Positions 32,939-45,540 of a stretch of DNA of 64,000 bases are shown piece after piece. Position numbers and translations under genes: made by a program. Source of the DNA: Carpediemonas membranifera BICM (Eukaryota > Protista > Fornicata); the NCBI GenBank assembly GCA_019828565.1, contig JAHDYR010000015.1, forward strand, positions 861,996 through 925,995, given 5' to 3'. The notes under the pieces were generated by a model. The model was given only the letters and a program-made list of their open reading frames with translations. It searched no databases and was not told where the DNA came from. Positions within the stretch are counted from its first letter, which is position 1; every line of letters begins with the position of its first letter.

Positions 32939-35900
32939 CAGTTCACCAATGATTTCAGCAAAGTGGAAACACTTCGATCATGGATGGACAAGGACCAACA
33001 GGCCTGGCCTATATGGATAGGGCAGTGCCCCATGGAGCTCAGAAGGAGCGGCCTTGGCCTCCTGTCTGAACATTCAAGGGTTGCTATCAGGGCATACCGC
33101 TGGGCGCGAGTGGGAGCTCCACGCCCATACCAAGGAATCAAAGTGTCTTCATGGAACGTATGTTTACAAGGAAAAGGAAAACAACCGTCGAGGGCCAGTG
33201 CTAGCACCGGCGGCTACATGGTTTTGTCAAGACCACAAGGAAGGAAGGGCAGCACAAAAGGGAAACAGGGGCCGTCGATAGAGGCTAAAAAGGAGACTAC
33301 GAACAAAGCAACAACAACTACACAGAAAGGCCCCGCTACTCAGAAAAGGGCGACGCATTTTTAGGACCGCGCCTTTTTGAAAGAATGGCCTATATAGTAC
33401 GGAGCATGGACAATGGGAGAAACTGGAAGGCCTGGACGGAGACCTCACCCGGATATGTACATGTGGCCCGACTTTCGGACCCAAAAATTCCGACCCAGTT
33501 TATGGACTAGGAAAAGGGGAGAAATTTTGCACTCAACAATGCAGGTAGAAATACCGACAAGGATCAGGGATTCCACGCAGAAGCAGTGGGAGGACATCAG
33601 GGAACTACTGGACAGCTTCCTCGCTGAAAGGAACGATTCAAGGACTCTACTTCTTCGTAGAACAGGCAAGTTTACAGGAAAGTCGCTCAATGCGAACTCC
33701 AAAGGACGCAAGGCAGTAATCATGAACGCCAGACGCATCCTCTTCGCAACCGGCGTCACTGACAACAAGGACATCATCCTCAGGAACCCATGCGGCATCC
33801 ACGGCCTCCGCGACCTTTTCTACATGCTCACAGAGGCAGACACCGCTTCGGCATCGGCTTCGGGTTCGGGGAGGTTCTGTTGGGCATGAAGGGCATCTTA
33901 CTGCCCCCCCTCACAATCATGGACAACGAAGGTGTACTGGAGAGAAGCCCGCTATGGACCATCATGGAAAGAGCCACGGCTAACCAGCTCCGCATGGTAC
34001 GCGTCAGGAAGGGCCTAGGGGCAGCAAGGGAGGAGGACATCATAACCATGGCCATGCTATACGAGTGGTGGCCCTCGAAGGAGGCTACGGCTCATCAAGG
34101 AGTCTGGGGCTGCGACGACCTAGCAGAGAGCCTCAGGGACTATGAGAAGGTCATAGTCAACGTCAAGGCCCCCCAGGAACAGGGGTAGGATCACCCTAGG
34201 GGCGAGCTTCATCCCGAGAGACTGGGGGCATGGTCAGGGTCAGCGAGGCTGGGACCATCCTAAGCCGCATGCGCAAGGAAGGGGCCAGACTAGTCTCGGC
34301 AGCTATCCCGGACGAGCCCAGAGCCAACACAGTCAATGTCCCAGGCATCACGTATGTCCCCACCATCGACGGAAAGTCCGAACAGCCATACCAAAGTAGG
34401 TTCTTCGACAACGGCCTGGAGGAAAAGGCGAGGCGGATTAGCACCAGGATGGTGGGCAGGCACTTCGGCCAGGACGCGGATCAAGGACATCACGACCAGC
34501 ATGGAGACAGGGAAGAGGACAGAAGGGTAGGACACGGAGCCGGCGGTAGAGCTGGTGTCAGAGCTGACGACAGAACCGGCGACAGAGCTGGTAACATGAA
34601 CAGGACCTCGGATCGTAACCACGGAGGAGACGACAGGGAGAGACAGGACAACACGGGAACGCAGATGAGAGGCTCGTTCAGCGGGAACACCTGGGCCGGT
34701 AGAGGCTCAGAGGGAGGCATGGACAACAGCAAGGATCACTCTTCCTCCACGACGCTCAAGCGCAAGGAGGGCAGCACGAGTAGGATCATGGACTCGGACA
34801 GCGGAAAGAGAAGCAGGCACGAAGAGGACATGGACTGGGAGTCTGGAAGCAGACAGGCAACCGGCATGGACTCGGAGAAGCTGCGGCTCCGAAAGCAGTT
34901 GGCAGAGGCGCAACAAGAGATCTCAGCGCTCAAGTCTGCCCGACTCATGCAAGAGCAAGGCCACGGAAGGTTGGTGCTCTCCGGCGTCGCGACTAAGCCC
35001 AGCAAGGAGAAGCCCACGATCCCCCGGCACAAGCACAAGAAGGCTAAGAAGGCCAAGCAGATCTCACCCATGGACCTGATGACCCAGTTCATCACGGTAA
35101 TGCAGAGTCTACAAGGACAGCAAGTGAGTCAGGCCGAGGACAGCTGCAGCGGCAGTGGGGAGTCCACGGAGGAGGAGTAAGGACATGGTAAAGCAGTATT
35201 CTTTCAAGGAACAAGCAACATTTTCTTTATAATTCACAAGCCCTGGCTCCCACCCAGGGCCCGGCATTAGCTGAAATGCACTGCCGGTAGGCTGTAGCGG
35301 CAGCCAAAGGGGGGGTCACGTCATATCGTCCCCCTCCTAAGTACCCTGCCCGAAGAATGGAAGGTCACCAGGTGGTAACAAGGTTGGCCTGACAAGGGTC
35401 ACCGAGACCGGCATCTAGGCCCCTTGTTAGGACAAGGATAGCAGGAGAGGAGCGGGAAGCTGGGGCTCCCAAATTCTGGGAATTCGCAGGATAAGGAAAC
35501 AGGACAAAGGCAATGGTAACCTACAAGATACTTAGTCTGAACACAGAGGGACACATAGGAAGAGGAAAGGACTTCACGGCGTCTATGGCAACGGCGATTC
35601 AGCTAAGGTTGAAGGACATAGAGGCAGTACTCATACAAGAGACATGGAGAACGGCGAATACGAGGGTTCATTGCTTCATGGACCTTGACTACGCACTAGC
35701 AGGGAGGGAGACGGAAGAGGACCTGGTCTTAGCCAACGAAAAACGAAAGGCGGATGTCAAAAGTCAGCACCGCATCAACCGACAACTAGGCATAGCAGGC
35801 AATGACGAACCTGCGCCAAGATGGAAGGGAACAAGGGAAGGCATCGGCACGATAGTGAGCCCACACGCAACTGCAAAGTGGGACATCGGCATAACGGACA

Positions 35901-38900
35901 GCCTATCGGGAAGAGTGCAAGCCAGCATAATGAGAACCGGCAGGGACATACTAGTCATCAACGTGTATGGCCCTCCATCCGGCCACAGCAAGCAGGAGAA
36001 GGATGGATTCAGGGACACTATACAGAAGATCATGGACATGAAAGGGAGCATGGAGGCCATAATTATGGGAGACTGGAACATCGACCCAGGCCAGATGGAA
36101 AGATCCACCCGGTGGAAGGATATGATGGAGAAGCACAGGCTCAAAGCCATCATACCCAAGTCTGGGACGCTCACATCAGGAACATCAACCCCGGACTTTG
36201 CAGTGACAACACCAGGAATCCAGGGGGCGGAGATTGAGGTGGTAGAGTCTCAGAAGGTCGGGGTATGGGGCTCAGCACACAATGGAATCACACTAGCATG
36301 GAAGGAACAACGGTACTATGGCAGAAGTGAGCGAGACGTGGCTCTGGCCATACCCGAGGTGCACACCTGGCCCATGAAAAGAAGGAGGGGCCAGTCACAG
36401 TCTCAAAGCTGAACAGGATCAAGAGCTCGGACCAATGGGAAGAGACTATAAGAGCATGCATGGGCGACCCAGTGAACAACAGGGGAGCAAAGGCAAGGGA
36501 CAAAGTGTTCGGGAACGGAGTGTGGAGCGAACTCCAGCGAACCCCATGGACAGAAATAGGCAACAGGACCAGGAAGGAAAGGATGAAAGAGGAGCTGGAG
36601 AAATACTGGGGAGAGCGCAGGGCCAAATGGGTGGCCGACATCAGCAGAAGTGCAAAAGGGGGTATAGGGCCTCAAGGGCCTCAGTGGAAGCTGCCATCAG
36701 AAGGTGGTGGTGTGACAACCAATACAAGGGAATGCCGGAGAGCCTCCTCAAGGACGGAGTGATAACCACGGACAAGGCGGCCATCAGCGAGATCCTCTTG
36801 CAACAGTATGCTAGAGTCAGCAGAGGCAGGGAACCCACCTGGAAGACATGGAGGGGCAGGGACGGAAATGAGTTCAAGGAAAGCGAGGTCAAAGCCGCAA
36901 TCAAAAAGGATCAGGAGGGACACCGCACCAGGGCCTGACCTCACATCTGGAGACATGCTGAGAGAGCTGGATGAGAAAGGCCTTAGGGAAGTGACGAGGC
37001 TCATCAACAGGGTCTACAGGGAGGGCGACGTACCCAAAGCATGGAAGTATGCCACAGTGTCGGCCATACACAAGACAGGGAAGCCAAGGGTCAAGCCGGA
37101 ATCATATAGACCAATATCCTTGACACCACTGCTGTACAGGGTCTATGGTAGATTGCTCAAGATACGTCTGGAAGCAGCAACGAAAAGGTTCATACCAAGA
37201 GAACAGGCTGGTTTCCAGTCAGACAGGGACGTCATCCAGCAGATACAGTACATTGTGCAGCGGCACCAGGAGGGGGGTGAGACCACGTCAATCTTTCTGG
37301 ACATCGAGAAGGCATATGACACGGTACCAAGGGACATTCTCATGGATAAGCTACAGGGTATGGGGGTGGAGGAGCACTTGATCAGGGCAATTCAAGGCAC
37401 AATAAAGGAAACCTGGATATCAGTCAAGGGGGCAAAGGCATGGGAAAGAACCAACAGGGGAGTTAAGCAAGGGTGCGTCCTGGCACCGACACTGTTTGTG
37501 CTGTTCATGGCTAACTGGCCCCACCTGGCCAGAAAGAAAATCAAGGGAGAACGGTACGACATCAGAGAACCGCCAAGGACCACGAGCCACCTCAGCGACC
37601 GACTACCGGCAGCACTTACCATGTTTGTGGATGACACTGCGGTCACAGGGAGCAAACCGGAGCATAGCCAGATGGTCGCCAACATAATGGTGGACATAAT
37701 CAGAGAGCATGAAATGAGGGTGAACGCCCAGAAGAATGTAATGATTAGCGTGGACAGAACAGCCCTAGTCAGGATCGAGGGGGTAACACTACTGCCAGAG
37801 AAGGAGGCGAGATACCTGGGATTATGGATCGCAAGTGGGAAGGACCCTATGTCGGCCTGCATAAGGCGGAAACAGGAGCAGAGCGAAAGGTACAAGAGAC
37901 TGGTGAGATGGGCAGGGTGGACCAGGGCAAACATGCCAGCACTAGCGAGCAGGCTACTACTGGAAATATATATATGGCCCAGGATCCTCTTCGGAGTCGA
38001 GGTGTGGGGGAACGCACCGGGAGGTAGAAGGATCTGGAATGACTGGCAGGGAATCATGGCAGGAACAGGACCGGGAGGGGGCGCAGCCATGAGGCTGATG
38101 AATGGATGGGTGGACCTCCAGGCACACATGGAATGGCTGGCAGTCAAAAGGATAGTCAACTACAGGGACCAGGATATACCAGTCAGAAACAGAGAATGGG
38201 GGCGGGGCACGGTTATGTGGGAAGCTAGGGAGAGAGTGCAGCATCTACTGGAGGGCACCAGAGAGGGAGCCCCTAAACCAGCGCTACTGGATTATGGCAT
38301 GGAAACGATCAGGAGGGGGTGGATGAAGCGGTGCAAAAGCCGTACGGCACTAGGACTAATGGAAATCATGGGGACAAGGAAATTAAGCAAGTGTCTGCAA
38401 GGTAAGCCTACGGTAGACCGAAAGGCTGGGAAGGGGCAAAGCAGGGCGGAATGGAAGAGAATTGTATCCATTGCAGCCAATGTCAGCCCATCCCCATCGT
38501 CGGCAGAGAGAGGGGAGGGCCCTATGAGAGCCATCACAGAGCTGGCCCAAGGCGCTGACCTGAAGAGAGAAATTAGCAGACTATGCCCCCTATGCTCGGA
38601 GGAGTCGGAGGTGAGCCTGTTCTACAGGATCATTAGGGAAAAGCCAGGACCAGCAAGGAAGCAGGAAATGATCAGAGAGTGGGCAGAGGGCCAGAGGCTA
38701 GGATCGGCAGCGCACATAATCTGTGAATGCCCGGCAGTAGACAGGGGAGAAGCTTGGACAAAGCTGTGGACAGCAGCGAAGCACAAAACTAAGGACTTGG
38801 AAGTAAGGCAGGGCCCCCAGGGCGAATGGTACCAGGAAAGACCCATCCTAGAATTACAGCAACTAATAATATGGGGCTCGGAGGACATTTGGGAAGGCCT

Positions 38901-39859
38901 CACGGCAGGACTACGGGAACTGGCAAAGGTTTACAACAGCTTCAAGGTGGAATAGAAGCATGTCATGAACCCCTGACTCCAGGACCGGGAAGGGATGGAC
39001 AAGGAATCAGCCATGGACCACCCTCGCTGGTGCTAAGCTCCTGGGATCAGTGAGGAAAGGCCCCACGTATCCCGGTAGCCAGGAACCAAAGCAAGGGAAG
39101 GAACGACTGCAAGGAAAAGAACAGGGAAGGACAGATCAGAAATAAGAAAGAAAAGGACATGCAACAAGGACAGAGCAAGGATAAGGTCAAGGAAATCCAT
39201 ATTCATATGGTTGCACCACTCGTTGGGACCCCAAGGAAACTGCAGGGACTGGCCACGGGGGTCGGAGGGGCACAGGTGCCCCTGCCGCCCTTGTTAACGA
39301 CATGGGAAACCAAGGACATGTAGTGCAAGCGAAATGTTGTAAGGGGTAACAGGACAACCAGGCCTAGTGCCTGGGGCTGCCGCTGACCCACGCCACCTAA
39401 CCGGGGTAGACAGCATGGACTTAGTCACTTTCCCCGCCTTCGGGTAGGCTTCTTAACAGAGTCGAGGGGGCATGGAATTGGGGAACCGGACAGACGAGAG
39501 GGTGCCGTGGCTGAACGGCTCTACAAGGACTGCAGGGAAGCAAGGAGTGTCATAGTCAAGGTTCTGCAGGACGATCCTGCCTGTCAATGCCCCGAGGACA
39601 GACCCCCAGGCTCCCCGGATAGTTGCCGGACTTTCAGGGAGACAGGAAAGCATATTTGCACGGAGATGGCCGCAGGGCCTCTGGGGCGATTGGAATCGGC
39701 TTTCCGCGGAGACAGTAGCACCGAAAGCCCAAGGCAAACGCTGCTGACCAGTTTGCCACGGGAAATAGGCAGTACCCCGGGGCACTCAGCTCCAAGACAA
39801 CGGGAAACAAGCTCAGTCCGGGGTCAGAATCCAAGCACCATAAATTTCTTTCTTCTTTT
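32939..39859 (+). mobile_element. APE-RT LINE family a, truncated within ORF1; 13-bp TSD TCCTGGCTCAGCC
   Basis: TSD at 32926-38 and 39860-72; removal restores gypsy ETVLAQPDPSLPWDVYTDAS; 3' end TAAATTTCTTTCTTCTTT. Confidence 0.92.
35513..38955 (+). pseudogene. LINE-a ORF2 (APE endonuclease, RT, CCHC), frameshifted
   Basis: LIQET, VINVYGP, GDWN, YRPISL, DIEKAYD, GVKQG, FVDD, RYLG and CPLC..HIICEC. Confidence 0.9.
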
Positions 39860-39872
39860 TCCTGGCTCAGCC

Positions 39873-40575
39873 TGATCCCAGCCTGCCATGGGACGTTTAC
39901 ACTGACGCAAGCGACCGGGGGCTTGGGGCCGTAATCACCCAGGGAGAGGGCGCGAATCGCCGCCTGGTCGCCTTCGTTTCGAAATTATTTAACGCGACGC
40001 AGAGGCGCTGGGCCACCTACGACAAGGAGCTGTACGCAATCCTTCATACCCTCACCCGGCCTGACTTGAGTCCTCTACTCAAGATGGTTAACTCGCTCAC
40101 TATCCACACAGACCACCGGAATATTGTGTACCTCATGCGCCGCTCCCTCGTATCCCCCAAGGTGATGCGCTGGCGGATTGCTTTGCAAGAATTCAATTTC
40201 AACATTGCCCACATATCAGGCGAGCATAATGTGGTCGCCGACGCTCTTCTCACGGCTAGAATCGTCGACTAAGACTGTGAACAGTGCCGAGATCGTACCA
40301 TCGGAGGAGGAGAAGCTGCGCATACTTCAAGATCTGCATGAGGGCGCCAATGGCCACCCCAAGGCAGTACGCCTTACGACTCTTGCGATGGAGGCGGGTC
40401 ATGTTTGGCCCGACGTCTCGGCACTCGCCAAGCGGGTAGTCAAGCAGTGCTTGACATGCCAGAAGTTGCGCGCACACAAGCGAACGCCCCCGGCGAAGAA
40501 CAGCACACACCGGTACACGCCCTTTGAATGCGTCCAAGTCGACACTCTCTCCCTGGGGGCTAGCGGTGAGTACAA
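39873..40575 (+). pseudogene. gypsy A RNase H and integrase Zn-binding segment
   Basis: TDAS, TDHRN, RWRIALQEF, H..H..CLTC. Confidence 0.85.
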
Positions 40576-41594
40576 AGAAAGAAAGAAATTTAACGTATCC
40601 TGTACACCTGTGTAAATCAGGGAATTACCAGTTTGCACCACCCCATGTCCCCGGGAACGCCTTAGCGTGTTGACTTCCCTTCGTGAGCGAGCCTGATACT
40701 ACGTTGGGGGCGTTAGCACCATCACCGTCAGGGTCCAGCTGGTAAGGCTGGGTAGTCCCTTGCATGTTGACCTATCAACTGGCTGGCCCGATACCCCCAA
40801 AGTCGGGATAACCCAGGTCTTACTCTTGGGGGTCCTTCGGGCCCCCGTTCTGCCTGGCACCCGCAAGGCCTTGCCCTGCACACCCGCCACCGGGGCCTTC
40901 TGCTCGGTTTTCTCCCTACAGGGCTCCTCTCAGGGGATATGTTCTCCATACCATTCGACCCAGTTTGCAATTTTTCAGGCACCCGCCGAAGCGGTTTCGG
41001 GCTTGGCGTTTGCCGTACCACGCAATTGGGCCAGTTATGAAACCCACCGATCATCGCTGGGTAGCTATATGATTCACGGCTGCGTTCGGGCTCTTCCACA
41101 CTTTCCGTTCCGGCATGGATCCCCTCCTCAAGGATTTGTTCCCTATAGGGCTTCTTCCTAGCTTCCGGCTAGTTCCAAGTTTTGGGTGCCGGGCCGTTCG
41201 GCGCAGCTCTGATTTGGTCCAGGTGCCGCCCAGGTGGTATTGTTGCCTTATGGTTACCCTCCTGTTTGGCTGCTGCGCCCCGATACCTCGCACGTACGTG
41301 TATACATGTGCATACGTGCCCCGCCCTATGGCTCTGGGTTATTTCTTATACGTGTGAAGAGTGTGCCGGTTCTGCCGGCTGAATGTTGTCTACGTTCCCA
41401 GTATGGGTGAGCGTTTGTGTGTTAGCGAGATTAGTGTTCGGGGTTGAGTCCCCCTTCCGCGGCTGGGTGCTACCGGGATACGTGGGGCTTGCGTCCCCCG
41501 CTGATCCCAGGAGCGCTCCGCTTCGGTTGAGGCGGGGGGTTGGGTCCCAGTTTGACCCTGGTCCCAGAGGTCATAGGATTCTGGGATGGTGTAC

Positions 41595-44500
41595 TTACCC
41601 ATCTTTTCGGAGGTTCAGAAGGGCACGTCTGCCGTTCTGCAGTCCATCTCTGACGGTATGGTCCTCGCTGCGGAGGAGCAAGAGCATTTCCAGGATTGCC
41701 CTTGAGTTGTACCACTCCGCCTCCTGCCCTTGCCTTAGGGCGTGGTACTGTGTGCGTAGATGCGCCTCCGCCAGGATGTCATTCCATCCTTCTGGGCGTT
41801 CTACCGCCTTGCATTGGCAGATGATGTGGCTTTGTGTTCCCAGGGGCTGGTTGTATGCCCATTCTGAGAGGATTTTGGTGGTTTCCGCCGCGGTTCTGGT
41901 GACAGTGTACAGGCGAGTAATGGTGTCACCTTCTGAGTCCAGGGTACATAGGGGGCAACACCGCTTGATCCTGCTCAGGAGGGCCTGGGGCTGGCCGATC
42001 GCGCTCCCAAGTATGGCTCTGCTTCTGCCACTGTTGCTGGGGGAGGGGAGTGTGTTGGATGCAGTCATGATTACTCTCTTGACTTCCCGTCTGGTTATCA
42101 TCTCACCCTTGATCATTCCTGGTTTCTTGGGTCTCTTCCCTTGCTGCATGCTGAGGATGACTTCCGGGGCTAGTACTGTTGCCACCCCTTTGGCCGTTCG
42201 GCTCCCGGTGTGCAGTAGTTCTTCTGCTGTGAGGGTCCAGCCTCCCCTCTTTGCTCTTTCCCTGGCGGGCATCTCCTCCTGTGTGCCCTGGAGGACGCTC
42301 CGTCGCCATTGGTAGAGGCGATGTAAGACCGATCCTCTCTCCGCTGTCGCCCAGTCCAGATTCCCTAGGGGGGTCGGACGGTCCGGGTCGTGCGCAGACT
42401 CATAGAGCCTCACCGCTCTCTGCCCCATATCTGCCTCCCAGCACATCCATCCCATTAGTACACGGGCGGCTCCTCCTCCCCCTGGTCCTGTGCCTGCCAT
42501 TAGGCCGCGCCAGTTGTTCCAGATGGCTCTTCCCCTGGCGCTTGGCCCCAGATCTCGATCCCGAACTCGATCTTGGGCCAGAGGAAGGTTCTGAGGATGG
42601 ATTCCGAGGTGGCGGCCGGGGTGGATCCTTTGGTCCACCCTGCTCTCCTGCCAGGGCTAGGTATTTCCGGGATTGTGACATCTTCATTTTGATGCATGCT
42701 GCCAACGGATTCTTCCCGCTGGCTAGCCAGAGTCCCAGATACCTTGCTGAGTCTGACGCCAGTGTGGGAGTTCCTTGGATGCTGACCGCTGCAGTTACGT
42801 CGGTACTTATCACCACATTTTTGCCTGGGCTGGTCTGGAGTCCATGGGCTTCAATTACCCTGACCACTGCGTCTGTGCCTTCTTCGGCGAGCTGCGGGGT
42901 CTCGGCTGAGATGCTTGTATCATCTACAAACATTGCAATGAGGCAGTTTTTGGGCCTATCGTCCGTTGGAGGGAGGCAGGGGTCCGGGATCTCTCTATGC
43001 CGGAGGTACAGTGCCGCCTGGCTTAGCCAGTTAGCTGTGAAGAGAATGAACAGAGTGGGGGCCACCACACATCCTTGCTTGACCCCCATGTTTGTTCTGG
43101 ACCATGTGCTTGCCCCTCGTACCGAGATGTACGTTTCTGTAAGTGTATTTCGGATGGCCCTCGTCAGTCTTGGGTGTACCCCCATGAGCGTCAACTTGTT
43201 CACCAGCAGGTCCCTTGGGACCGTATCATATGCTTTTGCTATGTCAAGTAGGACGCTGGTACGGTTTCCGGACTGGTGGAGTTGGGCTAGGAGGGCTATG
43301 TGATCCACTACAGTTTTCCCTTTCATGAACCCAACTTGCTCTGGGGATGAACTTCTCCACCGTCGGCCTGAGGCGCCATTTCAGTATCCTCCCGTAGGCT
43401 CTGTATAGGAGGGGGGTGAGGGAGATCGGTCTGTACGAGCTGGGCGTGAGCTTGTCCTTCCCAACCTTGTGGATAGGCGACACCGCTGCATACTTCCATG
43501 TGGTTGGCATGGTCCCGCTGTCGTATACTTTCGCGAGCAGGATTGTGATTGCCTCGTACGCTGACTCGGGGAGGTCCCTCAGACAATCTCCAATAATCCC
43601 GTCCGGGCCTCCGGCCGAGGACTTCCTTATGGACTTGACCGCCGCTGTCACTTCTTCAAGCGATGGCGGATGGTCCTCCATGTCCGTTTCCGGCTCGGTT
43701 TCCCAGGTGGGTTCCCAGGTGGGTTCCTTCCCGGAGCTTACCTTCGCGTACTGCTCCTGGAGGGAGTCTGCAATCTCCCTCTGCCTTGCTAGAATCTTGT
43801 TTCCAGCTTTCCTTCAGCATCACCGGGAGACCGGCGTGCTGCTTCTCGTTCCAGAAGCGGAACACTTGGTTTGCGAGGATCCTTTTTGTCGTTTTGTACC
43901 CATCACGGGATCCAACCTCAACCTGCTCATTCCAGTCCTGTTGGAAGGTCCTCCATGATCTGCTCAGTGCTCCGTTGAGGGACTTTTTGATATCTTTGGC
44001 GGCGGTTTTGCTCCAGGTGGAGGTTTTGGCCAGCCGTTCCCATACCTCACTAGGGATACGTTCCTGGTTTTCTACAGCGAATGGGTGCCTTCTGGAGGTA
44101 GCAAACCCGGTGGACAACCATTTCCTTATGAGAGTCTCCATCTCGTCCACTGGTATTTTGCTGTCTAGTGGTGGCCACTCTTCTAGCTTGGGCCCTGTTC
44201 TCCTGGGTTTGACCAGCCACGTATCGATCCGTGGGATTTCCAGTCTCTTTGATATCTCTGGTTTCCCTGTCGGGTTGCTATCCCAGGTGAGCTCTATGGC
44301 TTTGTGTGCCGACCCCCCAGTGCCCGATTGTGGTCTTGTCTATTACCCTAACAACCGGGTTTTGGATACCCCCTGTTACCGCTGCATAGTCTATTGTGGA
44401 CGTTCGGGAGTTAGTCCCGTACGTCGGTGCAGTTGGTGCTATTGGGGTGAGGTTCCATCGCTGGAGGGTCATCGCAGTTGCTTGCCTGAGTTTCCCTGGC

Positions 44501-44967
44501 CTCCTGTTCCAGTCCCCGATGATGATGATGTCACACCCCTCATAGTTCGCGACGGTTTGCTCTAGCATCCGGTCGAACTCCTCAATCTCGGGTCGCGCAC
44601 ATCCACTATCGGGAGCGTAGATATTGATGACTGCCGTGGCCCTCGATGCTTTGAGGATGCTTACTTGGATTCGTGGGTTCGTCCCGTCGGACACGCCTAC
44701 GTCCCATTCCGCTTTGGAGTGCGGGCTAATCAGTGTGGCCAGTCCCTTTGTGGGTCGCTTGCGCGTTGCCTCTAATGGCTTGACCTCTCCTGCACAGGCG
44801 TACTGGAGATCTACCCAGCAAGGGATGGTGGTATTACCGTACCGCTTGGTTTCCTGGAGGAGGATCGCATCAGTCCTTATCCTCTTGCGGATGGATAAAG
44901 CTATGGATCCGCTGTAATCGTTTGCGCCCGCTAGGTGCCCTTCGCTGTTTAGCGATATTATTCTCAT
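41595..44967 (-). pseudogene. LINE-b ORF2 (APE, RT, CCHC), frameshifted
   Basis: LLQET, INIYAP, GDWN, YRPISL, DIAKAYD, FVDD and CPLC..HIICQC; homologous to LINE-a ORF2. Confidence 0.9.
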
Positions 44968-45540
44968 TCAGGTTGTTCTGACATAAACTGCGGGAGTTAC
45001 CCTGCGCGCACTAATCTGCTCTTTGTAGACATTCCCTTTTTGGGCGTACCTTTTGGTGGGTTGCTGAGGCCTCTAACCGAGCAGTCGTTTCCTTTTGGGC
45101 AGGCTTGTGCCTGTATTCCCTTAGTTCCCGGCCTAGGGCATACCATTCCCTTTCACAGTCGGGGCCTCACGATGCTTGTCGGCATTGCTGCCGGTCTCCG
45201 CTTAGCTTCCTTCCTCGCCGCATGGCAGGACCATTACCTAACGAGCTTAGGTGGGAGCGACAGTGGTTGTTGCCCCTCCCAAGGCTGGAGTTACAGCCTG
45301 CCGGACAGGCAGGGCTCTTTTTACCTTTTGGTAACCCTGCCCCCGGCCCTGTGGGGGCACAGGGGTTTGTTGAAAAAGAATGTGTTGCATTTTTTGCTCC
45401 CGCCGGAATGGTTCGCCGGTGTCCATTTGGACTTTAAGGCCCTACTAGTCACAGCCTGGCCATACATGCTGGTTCATATATACACTTTTAGCTCAGACTT
45501 ATATCACACTACCCTCTGCACCTCTTACTTATGATTGTTT

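Noticed and set aside
32939-32945. Shared CAGTT initiator-like 5' end of the two LINEs
   Set aside because: LINE-a starts inside ORF1-homologous coding sequence, so it is truncated and the match is probably coincidental.
35240-35350. Assignment of the LINE spacer fold to HDV-like, twister or group I ribozymes
   Set aside because: Isolated words (CTAA, CCTAAG, GCAGCCAA) match, but I could not build the required pairings.
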